Assembly (NCBI GenBank): GCA_002441285.1 | Contig: DJVR01000007.1 | Coordinates: 45,118 to 109,117, forward strand | Direction of reading: 5' to 3' | Source: Candidatus Atribacteria bacterium UBA6251 | GTDB taxonomy: Bacteria; Atribacterota; Phoenicimicrobiia; Phoenicimicrobiales; Phoenicimicrobiaceae | Length of the DNA: 64,000 nt | Shown here: in pieces, positions 46,750 to 56,904 of the stretch | Layout of the letters: the number at the start of each line of letters is the position of its first letter | How positions within the stretch are numbered: position 1 is the first letter of the stretch | Notes under the pieces: model-generated | Database searches by the model: none | What the model saw: the letters and a program-made list of their open reading frames with translations, nothing else | What the model was told of the DNA's origin: nothing | Translations under genes and position numbers: made by a program

Positions 46750-47754
46750 TTATAATCTTACCTTTCTTAGATATTTTGCAGCATCTTCAGGATTAGTAGG
46801 ATTAATATAGAAGCCTGTACCCCATTCAAAACCAGCTACTTTGGTTATTTGAGGGGTAATCTCTATATGTAAATGATAATAAGGAAGATTTAAGTTTTCC
46901 CGGGGGGTAGTATGAACCATCAGGTTAAAAGGAGGATTATTTAAAGTCTTATTAAGTCTCTGTAATGTTCTTTTTAGGATTAAAGCTAGACTAGAAAATC
47001 CTGTTTTGGTAATCTGAGTATAATCAGAAATATGTTTTTGGGGAATAATCCACAACTCAAAGGGAAATCTAGGGGCAAAAGGGACAAAGGACACAAAATC
47101 ATCATTTTCTTCAATTATCCTCAATTTACAGCTAACTTCTTGTTTAATAATGTCACAGAATAGACATCTTTCTTGATCTTCGAAGTATGCTTTGGCTACC
47201 CTTATTTCTTCAGCTACTGTTATTGGGATAATGGGGAGAGCTATTATTTGGGTGTGAGGATGTTCAAGTGATGCACCAGCTTGGGCTCCTTTATTCTTAA
47301 AAATAAATATATATTTGAATCTTTGGTCTTTTCTGAGGGTTATCATTCTATCTTTCCAACAAGATAAAATTTTCTCAATTCTTTTTTCTGGCATACTATC
47401 AATTTCTTCATTATGGTTTGGTGTCTCGATTACTACTTCATGGGCTCCCACACCATTCATCATTTCATATAATCCTATATTTCTTATCTTTAATTCTCCT
47501 TCCATTCTTAGAGCAGGAAATTTATTTGGAACTACTCTTATCCACCATCCTGGCTCATCTTTTTTAGTATCAGATTTTCTATAACTCATAATCTCAGGTG
47601 GAGTCATCTTTTCATTTCCAACTTCAAAAGGGCATTTAGCAAGATCGGTTTGCATTCTTTCTTTTTCAAATTTATAGTTAGTAGGTCGTAAAGCCCTTTC
47701 GGTAGAAATAATGACCCATCTTCCTGTTACTGGATCTTTCCTTAATTCAGGCAT
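46750..47754 (-). CDS. galT: Galactose-1-phosphate uridylyltransferase-family (HIT superfamily) enzyme
   Basis: N-terminus ELRKDPVTGRWVIISTERALRP, NKFPAL and the active-site HPHTQI (HxHxQ) fit class-II GalT/ADP-glucose phosphorylase-type proteins. Substrate cannot be resolved by eye. Confidence 0.75.
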   Translation of the reverse strand: MPELRKDPVTGRWVIISTERALRPTNYKFEKERMQTDLAKCPFEVGNEKMTPPEIMSYRKSDTKKDEPGWWIRVVPNKFPALRMEGELKIRNIGLYEMMNGVGAHEVVIETPNHNEEIDSMPEKRIEKILSCWKDRMITLRKDQRFKYIFIFKNKGAQAGASLEHPHTQIIALPIIPITVAEEIRVAKAYFEDQERCLFCDIIKQEVSCKLRIIEENDDFVSFVPFAPRFPFELWIIPQKHISDYTQITKTGFSSLALILKRTLQRLNKTLNNPPFNLMVHTTPRENLNLPYYHLHIEITPQITKVAGFEWGTGFYINPTNPEDAAKYLRKVRL

Positions 47755-48585
47755 ATAATCCTCCTCAAATTATTCTAATTAGATTAAAATATTTAGTTTC
47801 AATGCTACATTTTCAATGGACAAGGTAAATATGAAGCTAAAATTCTAATACATTTTTAATTACAGTTTACCTGTAATTTATAAGCTTGTCTGGTTAGATC
47901 TTTGGTTTTTATAAAAAGCGAAAAAGAAAAGATATTTAATATTTTTTTGATTTTATTTCTCTATAAATTTCTTAAAGTTTATATATTTCTTGATAAATAT
48001 TATAAGAAAAAAGCCCTAAAGCATAAAGATAGTTCGGGCAAAATATCTTTGATTATCTATGAAAATTCACTTATTTTTTACTTTACATAACTTTATTTTC
48101 CGAGAAATTTTAGACCGGTAAGGAATAATTTTCCAAGGTATTATAGATAGTGTTTTTATTATAATTAATTTTAAAAGATTAGGCAATGAAAGTGTAAATT
48201 TGCATAGTTTATCTCAAGAAATGTTATGGTCTAATATTAGTGGAGAGATTTTTTTACCTTAATATTATTTTCTTAATAAAAAATGGGCGATTTATTTTAA
48301 TGTTTAACTATTTTACTTTAAAATATTTTATGGTATTTTACAAAAGTGTGATTTTATTAAATATACTTAGCACATAAATTTTGTAGGAAGTAGATAATGA
48401 CAAACCATCCAACAGGATGGAACGTAAAGTGATTATTCTAAGACTTTTTTAATTATGATGACCAGAATACTAACTGATTTTTTTGGGTATTTATTAAGCA
48501 GGGTGAATATTAAGGTTTTTTATAGAATAAAATCTTAAATATGACTTCCAAGTTTTTAAATTATTGAAAATAAAGAAAAATAAGA

Positions 48586-49548
48586 GTGGCAAAAAAGAGA
48601 TGGATCAAATAAATAACCGGAAACTAATTTAGCAGGAAAAGTTAAACAAGATCGAAGAATTAAAAGTAATGATTAAAGAGATTGAAAACTTGACTAACGA
48701 ATTACCCGGTGATACTTAACAGGCTATCCAATATCCCTAATGGCTTCAAAAATATTCTTCCTGTTTTCCTTTCGATTACAGGATGATTAAAGAGAGGGAA
48801 GCTATTTTCTCTCTTCAGGATAATAAAATGACTATTTTAGATTTTTTATTCTATAATGGAAAATTTAAAAATATAATCTCCATAATTCCTTATACTTTAA
48901 TTATTATTGATGATTTGCATAGAATTGTACTTTGCAATAAGATGGCAGAAAAAATGTATGGCTTTTCCTCATTGGAAGTTCAGGGACACTGAAAATATCT
49001 TAAATATTTTAATTAAAATACAGGAATTAAGAGATCACTACACTACTGAATATTCAAAAAGAGTTACCAAACTATCCATAGCTATAGCTAGAGAGTTATA
49101 GCTGTCCAGACCAAGGATTGGGTTTTTAAAGGTTGCTTCGCTTTTATATGATATTAGGAAAATAACTATTCCTATGGAGATATTAAATAAACCCTCGGAA
49201 TTATCTCCCTCTGAATTTGAATTAATAAAGAATTATTGTAATGCAGGTTTTTAAATTTTAAAAGAGGTAGATTTACCTCCTGTGGTTAGGAAATTATTTT
49301 ACCTCATCTTGAAAGGATAGATGGCTCAGGTTATCCTCGAGGTATATAGGAGAATAAAATCTTGAGAAAAGCCAGGATTAGCCATAGCCAATGTTATGGA
49401 AACGCTGGTTTCTTATCAACTTTATCGACCTACCTTGGAATTGACACAAGTTCTGCAAGAAATCTGGCAACAAAAGGGTAAACTTTACGATGTAGAGATA
49501 GTGGAGGTTTGCCTCAAGGTTTTCCAAAAAAATAAATTTAATTTTTAA
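48586..49548 (+). pseudogene. Decayed PAS/HD-GYP signalling gene
   Basis: Recognisable pieces lie in several frames with stops: coiled coil (QEKLNKIEELKVMIKEIENL), PAS (IIPYTLIIIDDLHRIVLCNKMAEKMYGFS) and an HD-GYP remnant (ELRDHYTTEYSKRVTKLSIAIAREL*, LLYDIRKITIPMEIL in place of HDIGK, ...YRPTLE...LYDVEIVEVCLKVFQK). Confidence 0.65.
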
Positions 49549-49669
49549 TTCTCTTTTTAAAAATTATTTGTCCCTCAGTAACACCACCAATATGTTATAA
49601 TAAAATAGATTATCTTTATTTATTGCTAACTAAAATAGATTTTTCAATTTAGCAGAAGGGGGAAGGAGA

Positions 49670-51085
49670 ATGAGAAAAACAAAGATTGTTTGCACTATCG
49701 GGCCAGCTAGTAATTCTTATGAAAAGATTATGCACTTAATTAAAGAAGGTATGGATGTGGCTAGATTGAATTTTTCTCACGGCAATTATGAAGAGCATTT
49801 GATGGTAATAAACTATATTCGTAGAGCATCAGATCTTCTTGATAAACCAGTCGCTATCTTACAAGATTTGGAAGGTCCTAAAATCAGAATTGGAAAGATT
49901 AAACAAGGAAGTATTCTTTTAAAAAAAGATGCTCAGTTTATTCTAACTACTCGAGGAGTGGCAGGAGATGAAACAGAAGTTTCAGTTACTTACTTAGATT
50001 TACCCCGTAGTATCAAAAAGGGGCAGCGTATTTTTTTAGCTGATGGCACTATGGAACTAAGAGTAAAAGAGATTACCTCTACTGATATTATTTGTAAAGT
50101 TATTAAGGGAGGAAAATTAAGCTCCCATAAAGGGATAAATATTCCTGATCTAAGCACAAGGATTTCATCTTTAACTGAAAAAGATTATCAAAATATCTTA
50201 TTTGGTATTAAACACAAAGTGGATTTTATTGGTTTATCTTTTATTAGAAACGCAGAAGATATTAATAAAGTGAAAAATATTTTAAAGGATAAGGGCGCAG
50301 AAGATATTGCCTTAATCGCCAAAATTGAAAAAAAAGAAGCAGTAAAAAATCTAAAAGAGATAATCGAGGTAGTGGATGGAATAATGATTGCTCGAGGAGA
50401 TCTGGGAGTGGAAATTCCTTTGGAGGTAGTTCCCTTAGTTCAAAAAGAGATTATAAAACAATGTAATATATTAGGAAAACCAGTAATTACTGCTACCCAA
50501 ATGCTAATGTCTATGGTTAACGAGGTTAGACCCACTCGGGCTGAGGTTAATGATGTAGCTAATGCTATATTAGATGGAACGGATGCAGTAATGTTATCTG
50601 AGGAAACCGCAATAGGTAATTATGTGTTGGAAGCAGTAAATACTATGCACAAGATTGCATTGCGAACCGAGAAAGACATAAATCATGAGAATATTCTAAG
50701 AGATAGATCTTTTTCGGTAAAACCTACTAATCCTGATGCAATTAGTTTTGCGACCTGTCAGATTGCCCTTGAATTAAAAATTAAAGCTATAATTACTTTT
50801 ACCTTTTCTGGAAGCACAGCTCGTATGGTTTCTAGGTATCGTCCACCTGTCCCCATAATTGCTGCCAGTACGCAGGATGATACAGTGAGAAAACTTTCTC
50901 TTAGCTGGGGAGTATACCCCTTCAAATCAGAAGATTTAGAAGATACGGATGATATGATTGAGAAATCTAAACTGATTGCTTTAAAAACTGGTTTAGCACA
51001 CAAAGGAGACAAGATAATTATCACCGCTGGGATTCCTTTTAAGATTCCAGGAACTACTAATTTATTAAAAGTTGAAACCTTATAA
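49670..51085 (+). CDS. pyk: Pyruvate kinase
   Basis: MRKTKIVCTIGPAS, ARLNFSHG, GPKIR, MIARGDLGVEIP, ATQMLMSM and LDGTDAVMLSEETA occur in the canonical order. Confidence 0.92.
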   Translation: MRKTKIVCTIGPASNSYEKIMHLIKEGMDVARLNFSHGNYEEHLMVINYIRRASDLLDKPVAILQDLEGPKIRIGKIKQGSILLKKDAQFILTTRGVAGDETEVSVTYLDLPRSIKKGQRIFLADGTMELRVKEITSTDIICKVIKGGKLSSHKGINIPDLSTRISSLTEKDYQNILFGIKHKVDFIGLSFIRNAEDINKVKNILKDKGAEDIALIAKIEKKEAVKNLKEIIEVVDGIMIARGDLGVEIPLEVVPLVQKEIIKQCNILGKPVITATQMLMSMVNEVRPTRAEVNDVANAILDGTDAVMLSEETAIGNYVLEAVNTMHKIALRTEKDINHENILRDRSFSVKPTNPDAISFATCQIALELKIKAIITFTFSGSTARMVSRYRPPVPIIAASTQDDTVRKLSLSWGVYPFKSEDLEDTDDMIEKSKLIALKTGLAHKGDKIIITAGIPFKIPGTTNLLKVETL

Positions 51086-51151
51086 CTTTGAATTGGTTTT
51101 TATATACCTTAATTCGTATTGATGAAAATAAAATTGAGGGGAGCAAAGAAG

Positions 51152-52171
51152 ATGAAGGCAATGGTATTAAAGGAGATTTCTTCTATACGAGAAGATACTT
51201 TAAAACTAGAGGATCTACCTATTCCTGAACCTGGATTTAAACAGATATTAGTGAAAGTCTTGATTTGTGGTGTATGTCATACTGAATTAGATGAGATTGA
51301 AGGAAGAGTATCCCCCAGCAAACTACCCATTATTTTGGGACATGAAATTGTGGGTAGAGTAGAACAATTAGGTCCTGGTATAACTAAATTTAGAAAAGGA
51401 GATCGAATAGGTATTTCCTGGATTAATTGGGCTTGTGGAGAATGCTATTTTTGTTTCCATCAACAGGAAAATTTATGCCTTCGAGCTAAATGGACGGGAA
51501 AAGATGTAGATGGGGGATATGCTCAATATACGGTAGTTTCAGAAGAATTTGCCTATGCTCTGCCTGAAAGATTTTCTGATGGAGAAGCGGCACCTCTGCT
51601 TTGTGCAGGGACAGTAGGTTATAGAGCTTTAAAACTTTCCGGCTTAGAGGATGGTAAAGTTTTGGGTCTATATGGATTTGGAGCTTCCGCGCATATTATT
51701 ATTCAGGTAGCTAAATATCTTTATCCTGATAGTAAAGTCTGTGTCTTTACTCGACCAAATCAGAAAGAACATCAAGATTTAGCTAAACAGTTAGGTGCGG
51801 ATTGGATTGGTACTACTGGAGATACACCTCCATTAAAATTAAACTGCGCTATAGATTTTACTCCAGTTGGAATTCCGGTTAAAGAGGCTTTGAGAAATTT
51901 AGAGAGAGGTGGAAGATTAGTAATAAATGCTATTCGCAAAGAAACTCCTATTCCTGAATTAGATTATGCTTTGCATCTTTGGCATGAAAAAGAGATAAAA
52001 AGTACCGCTAATGTAACTAGAAAAGATGCCCAAGAATTTTTACCTTTAGCTGCCCAGATACCAATTGTACCTAAGATTCAGGAATTTGAATTAAAAGACG
52101 CAAATAAAGCTTTAATTCTGGTTAAAGAAGGGAAGATGCGGGGAGCAGGGGTATTGAAAATAGGTGATTAA
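51152..52171 (+). CDS. Zinc-dependent alcohol dehydrogenase (MDR family)
   Basis: GVCHTELDEIEG (catalytic Zn), structural Zn cysteines CGECYFCFHQQENLC and the Rossmann motif LYGFGASAH. The ATG at 51152 follows GAGGGGAG and is preferred over the track start. Confidence 0.85.
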   Translation: MKAMVLKEISSIREDTLKLEDLPIPEPGFKQILVKVLICGVCHTELDEIEGRVSPSKLPIILGHEIVGRVEQLGPGITKFRKGDRIGISWINWACGECYFCFHQQENLCLRAKWTGKDVDGGYAQYTVVSEEFAYALPERFSDGEAAPLLCAGTVGYRALKLSGLEDGKVLGLYGFGASAHIIIQVAKYLYPDSKVCVFTRPNQKEHQDLAKQLGADWIGTTGDTPPLKLNCAIDFTPVGIPVKEALRNLERGGRLVINAIRKETPIPELDYALHLWHEKEIKSTANVTRKDAQEFLPLAAQIPIVPKIQEFELKDANKALILVKEGKMRGAGVLKIGD

Positions 52172-52297
52172 TGAAAATATAAAGACCAGGGAGCTACAAG
52201 AAGGTCTGACCACAAGTAATCTTGATTATTGATAAAATAATAAATAAAATTTATAGATAATTTGCTCCTATAACATAACTAGGTTAGGAGTGCTCAA

Positions 52298-52999
52298 ATG
52301 GCTAAATTAATCTTTTTAGGAACAAAAGGGGATATTGAAGAAGAAAATACTCACCACCGATATCATTCTTCAATAATCATAGAGGAAGATGATTTTAGAT
52401 TGTTAATTGATTATGGCAGGAAACATCCACTGGAATTGGGAGAGATTAAAGCGGATGCCATTCTAATTACTCATGCTCACCCAGATCATTATATCTGGTT
52501 AGAACAAGATATAAAAACCCTAATCCCGACATATTTAACAGAAAAAACTGTTAATTATGGGAAATATAAACCGATAAATTGTAAAATAATTCAGAATAAC
52601 CAGATCTTTCAAATTGGTCCTTTAGAAATAATTCCTTATCCGGTATTGCATTCCCTGAGATGCCCAACCGTAGGTTTTAAGATAAAAACTTTAGAAAAAT
52701 TTTGTTTAGTCTATAATCCAGATGTGGTGGATATTGTTGAAAAAGATAAGATTTTAACCGGAGTAAATCTTTTTATTGGAGATGGTTCATCCTGGAAGAT
52801 TAATTTGGTTAGGCGGAGAGACAGTCAGTTTTTTGGTCATACTCGTATTACTACTCAGTTAAACTGGTGTAAAAGATTTAAGATTAAAGATAGCATCTTT
52901 ACTCATTTAGGGAAAGAGCTATTAGAAAAAGAAAGAGAATTTTCAAAGCAATTTTCTGAAGTGAAATTAGCCTATGATGGTATGGAGATATGGATCTAA
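52298..52999 (+). CDS. MBL-fold metallo-hydrolase
   Basis: ILITHAHPDH is the HxHxDH metallo-beta-lactamase-fold motif. The protein is 233 aa. Confidence 0.75.
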   Translation: MAKLIFLGTKGDIEEENTHHRYHSSIIIEEDDFRLLIDYGRKHPLELGEIKADAILITHAHPDHYIWLEQDIKTLIPTYLTEKTVNYGKYKPINCKIIQNNQIFQIGPLEIIPYPVLHSLRCPTVGFKIKTLEKFCLVYNPDVVDIVEKDKILTGVNLFIGDGSSWKINLVRRRDSQFFGHTRITTQLNWCKRFKIKDSIFTHLGKELLEKEREFSKQFSEVKLAYDGMEIWI

Positions 53000-53080
53000 T
53001 TTTTTTAATTGCAGTTATCGTTGTTTATAATTATAATTTAAGATATAAATTATATAAAAAATATATTTAAGGGGTGGAAA

Positions 53081-54196
53081 ATGAGAGACAGTGCCAAGGT
53101 TTACTTTACTGATTTGAGAGCAAGATCAGGAAGAAATTTATTAGATAAGTTGCAGGAATTAGTAATCAAAGCTGGGATTAAAAAAATTGATTTTCAGGAT
53201 AAATTTGTGGCTTTGAAAATACATTTTGGAGAACCGGGAAATCTTGCCTACCTTAGACCAAATTATATAGCCTGCGTGGTAAAATTGATTAAAGAATGTG
53301 GTGGAAAACCATTTTTAACCGATGCTAATACTTTATATCACGGGAAAAGAGCTAATGCTATAGATCATTTAAATACCGCTATGGAAAATGGATTTAATCG
53401 CATTACCGTAGGATGTGATGTAATAATTGCTGATGGCTTAAAGGGCACAGAATACTATCCTGTCCAGGTTCATAAAAAACATTTTCGGGTTGCCAAGATT
53501 GGTCTGGCTATTGCTAATGCTGATATTATTATTTCTTTAACTCATTTTAAAGGTCACGAATTAACTGGCTTTGGAGGAGCTCTAAAGAATATTGGGATGG
53601 GAAGTGGCTCTCGAGCGGGGAAAATGGAGATGCATTCTAGCTCTAAGCCAAAGATAAATCTCAATAAGTGTACAGGTTGTGGACAATGTGTCAAGAACTG
53701 TGCGCAGGAAGCTATTCATTTTAATAGAAATAAAAAGGCAGAGATTGATTATCAAAAATGTGTCGGATGTGGCCAATGTGTAGCAGTTTGTCAATTTGGA
53801 GCAGCAGTTGCTGGACCAGGAGAAAAAAATAATATATTGCAGGAAAAGATTGTAGAGTATGCGTATGCAAGCTTAAAAAATAAACCCCATTTTCATATAA
53901 GTTTTATTATGAATGTATCTCCTTATTGTGATTGCTGGGATTATAATGATATGGCTATTATACCTGATCTAGGAATATTAGCTTCTTATGATCCGGTGGC
54001 GTTAGATAGGGCTTGTATTGATCTGGTAAATCAAGCTCCCGCTATTCAGGGTTCTGTTTTAGAAGAAAGGGGATTTAGTACCGGGAAAGATAAATTTAGT
54101 ACAATACATCGTAGTACCGATTGGAAAGTAGGATTAGATTATGCTGAGCAGATTGGCCTGGGAACACAGAAATATGATTTAATCATAGTCGATTAA
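53081..54196 (+). CDS. DUF362-domain protein with two 4Fe-4S ferredoxin motifs
   Basis: The N-terminal region (VALKIHFGEPGNLAYLRP...FLTDANTLY) is DUF362-like. It carries CTGCGQCVKNC and CVGCGQCVAVC (CxxCxxCxxxC, twice). Confidence 0.8.
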   Translation: MRDSAKVYFTDLRARSGRNLLDKLQELVIKAGIKKIDFQDKFVALKIHFGEPGNLAYLRPNYIACVVKLIKECGGKPFLTDANTLYHGKRANAIDHLNTAMENGFNRITVGCDVIIADGLKGTEYYPVQVHKKHFRVAKIGLAIANADIIISLTHFKGHELTGFGGALKNIGMGSGSRAGKMEMHSSSKPKINLNKCTGCGQCVKNCAQEAIHFNRNKKAEIDYQKCVGCGQCVAVCQFGAAVAGPGEKNNILQEKIVEYAYASLKNKPHFHISFIMNVSPYCDCWDYNDMAIIPDLGILASYDPVALDRACIDLVNQAPAIQGSVLEERGFSTGKDKFSTIHRSTDWKVGLDYAEQIGLGTQKYDLIIVD

Positions 54197-54261
54197 AAGT
54201 GAATTATCAAACCTAACAAATTAAAGACAAAAATAAGTTAGTCAAGATTAGTTGATTAATT

Positions 54262-54948
54262 ATGAATAAAAAAGAAATTATTGCTAAAACTGAAAACCTA
54301 ATTAAGGAGATTCTTGCTAAGGAGAATACCGGTCATGATTGGTGGCACATCCATCGAGTTCGGAAACTAGCTCTAAAAATAGCTCAGCAAGAAGGAGCTG
54401 ATTTATTTTTGGTAGAATTATTAGCTCTTCTTCATGATCTTGGAGATTATAAATTTTTTCAGGGTGATGAAAGAGCAGGAGGAGAGAGAATAAGAGAGTT
54501 GCTTTCTTCTCTAAGAATTTCATCGTCTTTAATTAATAAAGTTATTGCTATGACTTCTCAAATTTCTTTTATGCATACCTTACCCCAGAAAGATAAAAAA
54601 GAGAAGAAAAATGATTTTTCTCAAATAGAAGATTCTAAAGAACTAAAAGCAGTAATTGATGCAGATCGCCTTGATGCTATTGGTGCCATAGGGATAGCCA
54701 GAGCATTTACTTATGGAGGATTTTATCATCGACCTATCTATGATCCATCTATTAAACCTAAAAAAAATATTACTCAAGAAGAGTATAAGACCAGTACTGC
54801 ACCCTCCATCAATCATTTTTATGAAAAATTATTGAAAATTAAGCATATGATGTATACTCCTTTAGGAAAAAAAATGGCTCGAAGAAGACATCGCTTTTTA
54901 AATCTTTTTCTTAAACAGTTTTTTAAAGAGTGGAAAGGCAAGATGTAA
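54262..54948 (+). CDS. HD-domain phosphohydrolase
   Basis: GHDWWHIHRV...LLHDLGD (H...HD) and DADRLDAIGAIG are typical of YedJ-like HD hydrolases. Confidence 0.75.
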   Translation: MNKKEIIAKTENLIKEILAKENTGHDWWHIHRVRKLALKIAQQEGADLFLVELLALLHDLGDYKFFQGDERAGGERIRELLSSLRISSSLINKVIAMTSQISFMHTLPQKDKKEKKNDFSQIEDSKELKAVIDADRLDAIGAIGIARAFTYGGFYHRPIYDPSIKPKKNITQEEYKTSTAPSINHFYEKLLKIKHMMYTPLGKKMARRRHRFLNLFLKQFFKEWKGKM

Positions 54949-54973
54949 AAAAAAGTGCCAGGCACTTTTTTTT
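54947..54973. terminator. Bidirectional intrinsic terminator
   Basis: A8-GTGC-CAG-GCAC-T8 is a perfect 12-bp stem with a 3-nt loop. The GC core is only 4 bp. Confidence 0.5.
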
Positions 54974-54997
54974 ACATTGGGGGGAGGAGAAGAAATA

Positions 54998-55642
54998 TTG
55001 GAAAAAATAAAGGATACGACCATAATTTTAATTAGACATGGAGAATGCGAAGGTAATATTAAAGGGATGTTTCGCGGAAGATCGGACTTCCCTTTGAACA
55101 AAAGAGGTTTAGCTCAAGCTCGAGATCTAGCAAAAGAATTAAAAAGTTTTCCTATCAAATATATTTTTACCAGCCCTCTACTTAGAGCCATGCAAACTGC
55201 AGAATTGATTGCCTGTGAACATAATTTGGAAATCAAGATAGAAGCTGGATTAAATAATATTGAATTGGGAAGCTGGGAAGGACGATTAATGGAAGAGATT
55301 GCGAGCCTATTTCCTCGAGAGTGGGATCTTTGGTTGAATAACCCAGAAAAGCTAAAATTAAAAGGTATGGAGACTCTTTCCGAAGTACAAAAAAGGGCTA
55401 AAGATTGTTTAGATAATCTAGTTTATCGACATTCTGGAGAACTTATAGCGCTGGTTTCCCATAGAGCAGTATTGAAACCCTTAGTTGCGGCTTGTATTAA
55501 TATTTCCTCTCCTTATTTTTGGAAGATCCATTTTGATACTGCCTCTTATAGTATTTTAACCCATAGAGAATCGAGAGGTTATTGTTTGATGCAGTTAAAT
55601 CAAAACAAACATTTAAAAGAGTACTATACCGAAACAGCTTAA
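54998..55642 (+). CDS. Histidine phosphatase family protein (phosphoglycerate-mutase-like)
   Basis: LIRHGECEGN (RHG motif) and a later SHRAV (second catalytic His). The TTG at 54998 follows GGGGGAGGAG and is preferred over the track start at 54977, which lies inside the RBS. Confidence 0.8.
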   Translation: MEKIKDTTIILIRHGECEGNIKGMFRGRSDFPLNKRGLAQARDLAKELKSFPIKYIFTSPLLRAMQTAELIACEHNLEIKIEAGLNNIELGSWEGRLMEEIASLFPREWDLWLNNPEKLKLKGMETLSEVQKRAKDCLDNLVYRHSGELIALVSHRAVLKPLVAACINISSPYFWKIHFDTASYSILTHRESRGYCLMQLNQNKHLKEYYTETA

Positions 55643-55669
55643 AGTAAAAGAAAACTTGGAGGCCTATTT

Positions 55670-56872
55670 ATGCCATATTATTCTTTTTCTAAATTGGAAA
55701 CCTTTGAAAACTGCCCACTTAGATATAAATTTAATTATTTAGATAAAATTAAACGCGATGAGGAAAGTATAGAGGCATTTTTAGGTTTATGTTTTCATGA
55801 AACTATGGAGAGATTATACCAAGAATTAAAATTTAGAATAATATCTTTAGAAGAACTAATTGATTATTATAATGACCTTTGGAATAAAAATTATCATGAA
55901 AATATTTTTATTGTAAAAAAGGAAAGATGTAAGGATGATTATCAGAAATTAGGAGAAAAATGTATTGTAAATTATTATCATAGATATTACCCTTTTAATC
56001 AAGGTAGAACATTAGCCATAGAAAAAAGAGTAGAGATTGATTTGGATGGAAGTAAAACATATTTGCTTCAGGGTTTTATCGATCGAATAGATCGTTTAGA
56101 TGATGGGACTTATGAAATTCATGATTATAAGACTTCTAGCTATTTACCTGAACAAAAGGAAAAGAACGAAGATAAACAATTAGCTCTTTATCAATTAGGT
56201 TTAAAGAATCTTTGGAATGATGTGGAGAAGGTAAATTTAGTCTGGCATTATGTTGTTTTTGATCAGGAGATTGTTTCTACCCGCTCTACAGATGAATTAG
56301 AGAACCTAAAATCTGAAACTATTTCTTTAATTAAGAAGATAGAAAACACAGAGGAATTTTTACCTAAAGAGAGTAATCTTTGTGCCTGGTGTTCTTATAT
56401 GGATTTATGCCCCTTAAAAAAACATCAGCAGAAAGTCGAAGAATTAAGTTTAGATAAATTTTTAAAAGATGAGGGGGTACAATTGGTAAATACTTACGTT
56501 AAACTTGATATGAAGAAGGCAGAATATAAAAAAAGGCAGAAAGAGATTGAAGAAGAATTAGAAAAATTGAAAAAAATAATCATTGAATATGCAAAACAGG
56601 AAGGGTTGGAGGTAATTATAGGGAGTGATTATCAATTAAAGATTTCTGAGAAGAAAAAAATATCCTTACCGACCAAAAATAGCGATTCCTGGAAAGAATT
56701 AGAAAATATTTTGAAAGAGATTAACAAATTAGAAGAAGTCTCCACTCTGGATACAATCGTCCTGGTGAAAAAAATAGCGGAAAGGGAATGGGAGGAAGAT
56801 ATTTTAGAAAAAATTAAGGAGTTTTATCAAGTTGAAATAAAAAAGTATGTAAAATTATTAAAGTTAAAATGA
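55670..56872 (+). CDS. PD-(D/E)XK nuclease-family protein, Cas4/AddB-like Fe-S cysteines, with coiled-coil C-terminal extension
   Basis: N-terminal Cys (FENCPLRYKF). Nuclease core GFIDRIDRL...YEIHDYKT (D...E/D-x-K). C-terminal CAWCSYMDLC, giving a C...CxxCx5C layout. The last ~150 aa are Lys/Glu-rich coiled coil. Confidence 0.7.
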   Translation: MPYYSFSKLETFENCPLRYKFNYLDKIKRDEESIEAFLGLCFHETMERLYQELKFRIISLEELIDYYNDLWNKNYHENIFIVKKERCKDDYQKLGEKCIVNYYHRYYPFNQGRTLAIEKRVEIDLDGSKTYLLQGFIDRIDRLDDGTYEIHDYKTSSYLPEQKEKNEDKQLALYQLGLKNLWNDVEKVNLVWHYVVFDQEIVSTRSTDELENLKSETISLIKKIENTEEFLPKESNLCAWCSYMDLCPLKKHQQKVEELSLDKFLKDEGVQLVNTYVKLDMKKAEYKKRQKEIEEELEKLKKIIIEYAKQEGLEVIIGSDYQLKISEKKKISLPTKNSDSWKELENILKEINKLEEVSTLDTIVLVKKIAEREWEEDILEKIKEFYQVEIKKYVKLLKLK

Positions 56873-56904
56873 AATAAGCCTAATTTTATGAAAGAGGTAT
56901 CAAG

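Noticed and set aside
47902-48090. 62-aa ORF MVFIKSEKEKIFNIFLILFLYKFLKVYIFLDKYY...
   Set aside because: It has a TTG start without an RBS and an extreme Ile/Lys/Phe/Leu composition, as expected from random AT-rich DNA. It has no motif.
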